Source: Rhizomicrobium sp. (lineage in GTDB: Bacteria > Pseudomonadota > Alphaproteobacteria > Micropepsales > Micropepsaceae). From it: 64,000 nucleotides of DNA. Position numbers and translations under genes: made by a program. This document shows, one piece after another, positions 60,187 through 64,000 of this stretch (position 1 is its first letter; every line of letters starts with the position of its first letter). The stretch is taken from contig DATAWO010000119.1 of NCBI GenBank assembly GCA_036267165.1, forward strand, positions 29,584-93,583. Reading direction: 5' to 3'. The notes under the pieces are model-generated. The model ran no database searches. It had not been told where the DNA came from and saw only the letters and a program-made list of their open reading frames with translations.

Positions 60187-60399
60187 ATGGAAACTTACGA
60201 AATCCGCATCCTGCATGACGACGGGAAAACGGCGTTGGTTACCGCGGCAATCCACCTAAACGACAACTCAGCCATTCGGTCGGCCCGAAAAATTGCGCAT
60301 GCCCGCAAGTTTGAGGTCTGGCGAGGCATGAACTGCGTCTATGGAACCGCAGGCGCCCCGGTTATCAACCTGCCGACCCGTAATCGCCCGGAAGCCTGA
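60187..60399 (+). CDS. Small hypothetical protein (70 aa)
   Basis: GAAGGG RBS; YEIRI...D..AIRSA..IA....FEVWRG..CVY pattern typical of small alphaproteobacterial proteins. Confidence 0.7.
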   Translation: METYEIRILHDDGKTALVTAAIHLNDNSAIRSARKIAHARKFEVWRGMNCVYGTAGAPVINLPTRNRPEA

Positions 60400-60438
60400 C
60401 CTCCCACGACACCAGGCGAACTGCTGCAGGGGCGGGCT

Positions 60439-60789
60439 GTGAGTGAACAGGCAAAAAATACATCATTGAAGGCCAATTTTTGGAGCCTTATCGGTGTGGC
60501 AGGCAGTCTCGCATGCATTTCCGCGCCGATCATCGCGAGCTATCAGGGCCTGATATGGCTTCTTGCTGGCATCGTCCCGCCTCTGAATTTGCATAGCATC
60601 ATCGGAGAATTCCCTCCTCCAACAAGCTGGATTGGCATAAACAAAATCATCGAATGGGTCTGTGACCAGCCGTTGGCCGGGACTGCCCTTGTCGGCGGCA
60701 TTCTGCTGCTATTGGCCGGAATCCATGGCCATGAAAGCGCTTTGGAACGTGAGAGGCAGAATAATTTCGCGCCTCGTTGGCGTCGCTAA
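60439..60789 (+). CDS. Hypothetical membrane protein
   Basis: 116-aa ORF with two hydrophobic segments; GTG start after a GGGG-containing RBS-like sequence. Confidence 0.55.
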   Translation: MSEQAKNTSLKANFWSLIGVAGSLACISAPIIASYQGLIWLLAGIVPPLNLHSIIGEFPPPTSWIGINKIIEWVCDQPLAGTALVGGILLLLAGIHGHESALERERQNNFAPRWRR

Positions 60790-60899
60790 GGAAGTTGGGG
60801 CGCCAACCTCCAGCAAGGCCTTCCCGGCCACCTGAACTCTTGACGCAACTCTTGCCGCCCTTGGGGAGACTGGCTGATCGGGAGCCAGACCGGTAGCGC

Positions 60900-61211
60900 T
60901 TACTTCAGACCTGGAAGGAAGCCGGTGCTCTGGTGATATGTGGAAGTCGCCAGAGCTGTCGTATTCGCGGATTCAGCCAAGGTACCCTCGTTCGACGCGA
61001 ACGGAAGTTCACGAACTGGCTGAGATGAAGCCGCGGAACTCCCGCTGGTTGGGGCACCATTCCTGGAAGATTGGCTGGCGTTCACGCCAGCGCGATTTGT
61101 ATCAGCGGCTGCCGCGCTGCCCGGGTCATCGGCACCTGCCGCCAGGGCCGGCGCGTTACACATGACGGCACTTGAAAGGAGAATCGCGGCGACGTTCAGA
61201 CCGATACGCAT
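60900..61211 (-). CDS. Secreted low-complexity (Ala/Ser/Thr-rich) protein
   Basis: GAGGG RBS, signal peptide ending ALA, mature part looks disordered. Confidence 0.65.
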   Translation of the reverse strand: MRIGLNVAAILLSSAVMCNAPALAAGADDPGSAAAADTNRAGVNASQSSRNGAPTSGSSAASSQPVRELPFASNEGTLAESANTTALATSTYHQSTGFLPGLK

Positions 61212-61467
61212 GGGAAATCCCTCGGAAGCGACCCATGCCTAATGCGCAGGCGGCGCAAAGGCTTCACCGGCCATCCGCGGTGGCGAGTTGTAACTTTGTT
61301 GCAAGCTGATCCGGCGCGGGAAGCAGCCGCGAATTGGCCCGTCCGTGACATATCCAAGCTCTAGGGACTCCACAGTCTGGCAACCCGCCCCGCCCGGGCC
61401 GTTTTTTCCGGCCTCGCGATGGCCTCCAGGCGCCCCGGACGGCGGGGAGCCTCCCGGAATGGCGTGG

Positions 61468-61486
61468 CTAACCCCAAATTAACCAT
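61468..61486 (+). promoter_or_regulatory. CtrA-binding site candidate
   Basis: CTAA-N7-TTAACCAT: one mismatch to TTAA-N7-TTAA and contains the TTAACCAT half-site; about 60 nt before the ATG at 61546. Confidence 0.6.
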
Positions 61487-61545
61487 ACCAAGGTTACGGT
61501 GCCGCTCTCGCTTCATTCCCGCGAGGTACGACCCTGCGAGGTAGT

Positions 61546-63303
61546 ATGACCCAGAATGTTTTGCAGGCCGCCGGCGACGCCGGCCAACCGGCGGAAGATG
61601 GCATAGCCGCGGCGCCCACGCAGGATGCGCGGGCTTTGCTTGACCAACTCCATTCCGCGCTCGGCGGCAAGGCAGAAGGGGATATCATTTCCCCGGACAG
61701 CCAGCCTCCCCTGGGCGAACAGACCGTGCGCGAAGCGCCGTCCTTCAGCAAGGCGGTCGCCAGGCAGGCCGACCAGATTCAATATCTCATCGAACAGATC
61801 AACCGCCTGGACAGCGACACGCAGTTCGTGGAATTGCGGGACGTGGTGCGTGATCTCTACGGCGCCCTGAACGATGTGGCGCTGCGGATGAAGCAGAATT
61901 CATCGGAGGTGGCCGCGAAGATCGGACTCCTGATGGGAGCCGTGACCATCATCAGCGGCGTGCCGGATCTGGACGCGCCCCACGATATCGCGGCGATCCT
62001 GGACGGCGCAAAAGCCGCGGCCACGCGGATGGTGTCGCTGGAGCGCCTCTTCAAGGAGGCCGGCGCGGCAATCCTGGCGCTTGAAGAAAACGCGTCCCAC
62101 GGCCAGCACGCGGTCCGTGATCTGTCGGCAGACCTCGCAAAGTTGAATGCGCGCGCCGAAACCGACCGCAATGAGATCACCGGCTTGCATCAGCGGATCG
62201 GATCGTCCGACAGGGCCCTTGCCCACGCCTTGATAAGCGTGCGCGAGACGATCGAAGCCGATCACAATGATATCGTCCGGCTGAATCAGCGGATCGAGAC
62301 GGCCGAACAGTCTGTTGCCCAGCGACTGGCGAGGGTGGGCGAGACCGTCGAATCCGGCCGCAGCGAAGTCACCCGGCTGCATCACCAGCTTGAATCGGCA
62401 AACCAGGCTCTCGCACAGGGGCTGGCGAGGGTCGACGAGTCGGTCGAATCCGGCCGCAACGAAGTCGTCCGGCTGCATCAGCGGATCGCATCGACGGACC
62501 AGTCTCTCGCCCAGGGGCTGGCGAGGGTCGACGAGTCCATCGAATCCGGCCGCAACGAGGTCGCCCGGCTACACCAGCGGGTCGCATCGGCGGACCAGTC
62601 TCTGGTCCAAGGGCTGGCGAGGGTCGACGAGTCCATCGAATCCGGCCGCAACGAAGCCGCCCGGCTGCACCAGCAGTTCGCATCGGCGGACCAGTCTCTG
62701 GCCCAGGGGCTGGCGAAGGTGGACGAATCCATCGAATCCGGCCGCAACGAAGTCGCCCGGCTGCATCAGCGGATCGCATCGGCGGACCAGTCTCTCGCCC
62801 AGGGGCTGGCGCGGGTGGACGAGTCCATCGAATCCGGCCGCAACGAGATCACCCGGTTGCATCAGCGGATCGCATCGACGGATCAGGCTTCCGCCCAGGG
62901 CCTGACGACACTGGGCGAACGCGCCGCCGCCCTGCGTGATGACCTGGGGCGGATGCATGAGCGCCTGGGGTCTGTGGAAAGCAGCACGGCCCAGCATGCC
63001 GGCTTCCGGGAGAAAATTGAGGTTCTGAGCCACCGTCTCGATGAGACGGAAAGCGCCACCGCTGCCGAGATCAACAGCTGGAGGCTGCAGGACTCCGAGC
63101 GGTTTGCCGCCCTGATGAACAGGCTGGAAAGTCTGGAACAGAAGAACCATGTCCTGATCAAGAACACCGAACAGATGGCGGCGCGCCTGCAGGCGGCGGA
63201 ACAGACAATCGCGACCATGACCCAGCGTCAAAAGGCCTTGTCCACCTGGCACGACCGCATCGCGCATGTTTTGCTGGCGAGCCCGGAACTGCCGGCGGTT
63301 TGA
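61546..63303 (+). CDS. Long coiled-coil protein with 32-aa tandem repeats
   Basis: GAGG RBS; all-helical composition; no signal peptide or TM seen; eight 32-aa repeats. Confidence 0.85.
   Translation: MTQNVLQAAGDAGQPAEDGIAAAPTQDARALLDQLHSALGGKAEGDIISPDSQPPLGEQTVREAPSFSKAVARQADQIQYLIEQINRLDSDTQFVELRDVVRDLYGALNDVALRMKQNSSEVAAKIGLLMGAVTIISGVPDLDAPHDIAAILDGAKAAATRMVSLERLFKEAGAAILALEENASHGQHAVRDLSADLAKLNARAETDRNEITGLHQRIGSSDRALAHALISVRETIEADHNDIVRLNQRIETAEQSVAQRLARVGETVESGRSEVTRLHHQLESANQALAQGLARVDESVESGRNEVVRLHQRIASTDQSLAQGLARVDESIESGRNEVARLHQRVASADQSLVQGLARVDESIESGRNEAARLHQQFASADQSLAQGLAKVDESIESGRNEVARLHQRIASADQSLAQGLARVDESIESGRNEITRLHQRIASTDQASAQGLTTLGERAAALRDDLGRMHERLGSVESSTAQHAGFREKIEVLSHRLDETESATAAEINSWRLQDSERFAALMNRLESLEQKNHVLIKNTEQMAARLQAAEQTIATMTQRQKALSTWHDRIAHVLLASPELPAV
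62158..62925 (+). repeat. Intragenic 96-bp tandem repeat, 8 copies
   Basis: GAATCCGGCCGC recurs at 62350, 62446, 62542, 62638, 62734 and 62830; two diverged copies start at 62158 and 62254. Confidence 0.92.
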
Positions 63304-63372
63304 TCTAGCCCCGCCTTCCGAGGCCCTCGCGGCATACTTGTATTGGCGTCTTTCCGGGGCCACCTTTGGGTG

Positions 63373-63666
63373 ATGGCCAAGCTGCCCACTCTTTCTTCTT
63401 CTTCGCGCCAGATCGAACTCATCGCCAAGGCGCTCTCCGAGCCGCGCCGGGTGGAAATCCTGCGCAGGATCGGCGCCTGCGATAGCGCCACGCCCTGCAG
63501 CGCGCTGCAGGCCGGCTGCGGCGTCACCGCGGCGACCTTGTCCCACCACATGAAGGAGCTGGAGAATGCCGGCCTGGTGGAGATCAGCCGCGAAGGCAAA
63601 TTCGCCTATCTCAAGCTGAACCGCCCGGTGCTCGAGGCCTATCTGGCCGAGCTGGCCAGGATCTAG
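63373..63666 (+). CDS. ArsR/SmtB family transcriptional regulator
   Basis: [13 protein letters not shown]...[15 protein letters not shown]...REGK winged HTH. Confidence 0.9.
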   Translation: MAKLPTLSSSSRQIELIAKALSEPRRVEILRRIGACDSATPCSALQAGCGVTAATLSHHMKELENAGLVEISREGKFAYLKLNRPVLEAYLAELARI

Positions 63667-63944
63667 GGCGCCGTCGTCGAAACCGAATTGGACTGCGGAT
63701 TGACCTGACCGTTGCCGCCGCTGTTGCTGGCCGTGGCCGCCACAATGACCACGGCGATGATCGCGCCCGTCCCGACGAGGGCGAGGCCGGCCCGGGCTTG
63801 CTGGGCGGCATGGATGCCAGCCGAGCGGCCGGGCTTGAGCGGCGCCGGCGGGGCCGGATGTGGGTCCTGCGCAAGCGCGGCCCCCGGCAGCGCCAAAAGC
63901 AGGCTCGCGGCCATGAACGCCGCCCAAGATTTTGTTCTGATCAT
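63663..63944 (-). CDS. Small secreted/membrane protein, [14 protein letters not shown] family (93 aa)
   Basis: Signal peptide ending ALA, motif shared with 21274-21525, hydrophobic helix, Ser/Asn/Thr tail ending STTAP. Confidence 0.75.
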   Translation of the reverse strand: MIRTKSWAAFMAASLLLALPGAALAQDPHPAPPAPLKPGRSAGIHAAQQARAGLALVGTGAIIAVVIVAATASNSGGNGQVNPQSNSVSTTAP

Positions 63945-64000
63945 CCCCGCACTCTTATAAGGCCTTATTTCATCTGGGAAATCTGACGAAATTGCGACGG

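Noticed and set aside
62158-62925. Regularly spaced repeats as a CRISPR array
   Set aside because: The units are contiguous 96-bp in-frame coding repeats with no unique spacers, and there are no cas genes.
56707-64000. Prophage or integrative element at tRNA-Ala
   Set aside because: No integrase, phage structural genes or direct att repeat were found in the window.

Overview
A GC-rich alphaproteobacterial chromosome segment; gene order and small-protein content suggest a Rhizomicrobium/Micropepsales-like lineage (inference). The conserved backbone has three parts: carB-greA; chvI-chvG-hprK-EIIA-HPr-ahcY-divL-tsaE-amgK-murU-addB-addA-trxA; and, on the minus strand, aroA-cmk-rpsA...ihfB-pyrF-trpF-trpB-trpA-accD-folC, followed by a TIGR02300 gene and tRNA-Ala(GGC). 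Several accessory blocks interrupt it. (i) At 8.4-10.2 kb, a SAM methyltransferase precedes a superinfection-immunity(Imm)-like/ICMT fusion. (ii) At 14-16.8 kb, EamA and two TraB/GumN genes. (iii) At 21.3-23.2 kb, an orphan ferredoxin/reductase pair and a small secreted peptide. (iv) A ~13 kb block between rpsA and ihfB holds a PQQ dehydrogenase/NHL/TIM-barrel operon (Tat signals on the first and third genes), dipZ, two inverted paralogues sharing a promoter motif, and a histone-like protein. (v) An islet follows tRNA-Ala. The best candidate for an undescribed system is in (v): a sigma54/enhancer-driven PEP-CTERM surface protein directly upstream of a Toll-like-receptor-shaped TIR-TM-TPR protein whose ectodomain resembles that of membrane Ser/Thr kinase-TPR receptors. 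Other notable signals are a perfect 25-bp inverted copy of the tRNA 3' end, three short palindromic repeat families (one inserted in-frame in a Rieske oxygenase), a paralogous PLxPG(K/R)xAG(V/I)xxAQ small-protein family, and a coiled-coil protein with 32-aa tandem repeats behind a CtrA-like box. No CRISPR array, integrase, transposase or rRNA was seen. All calls come from reading motifs by eye; no database searches were run.
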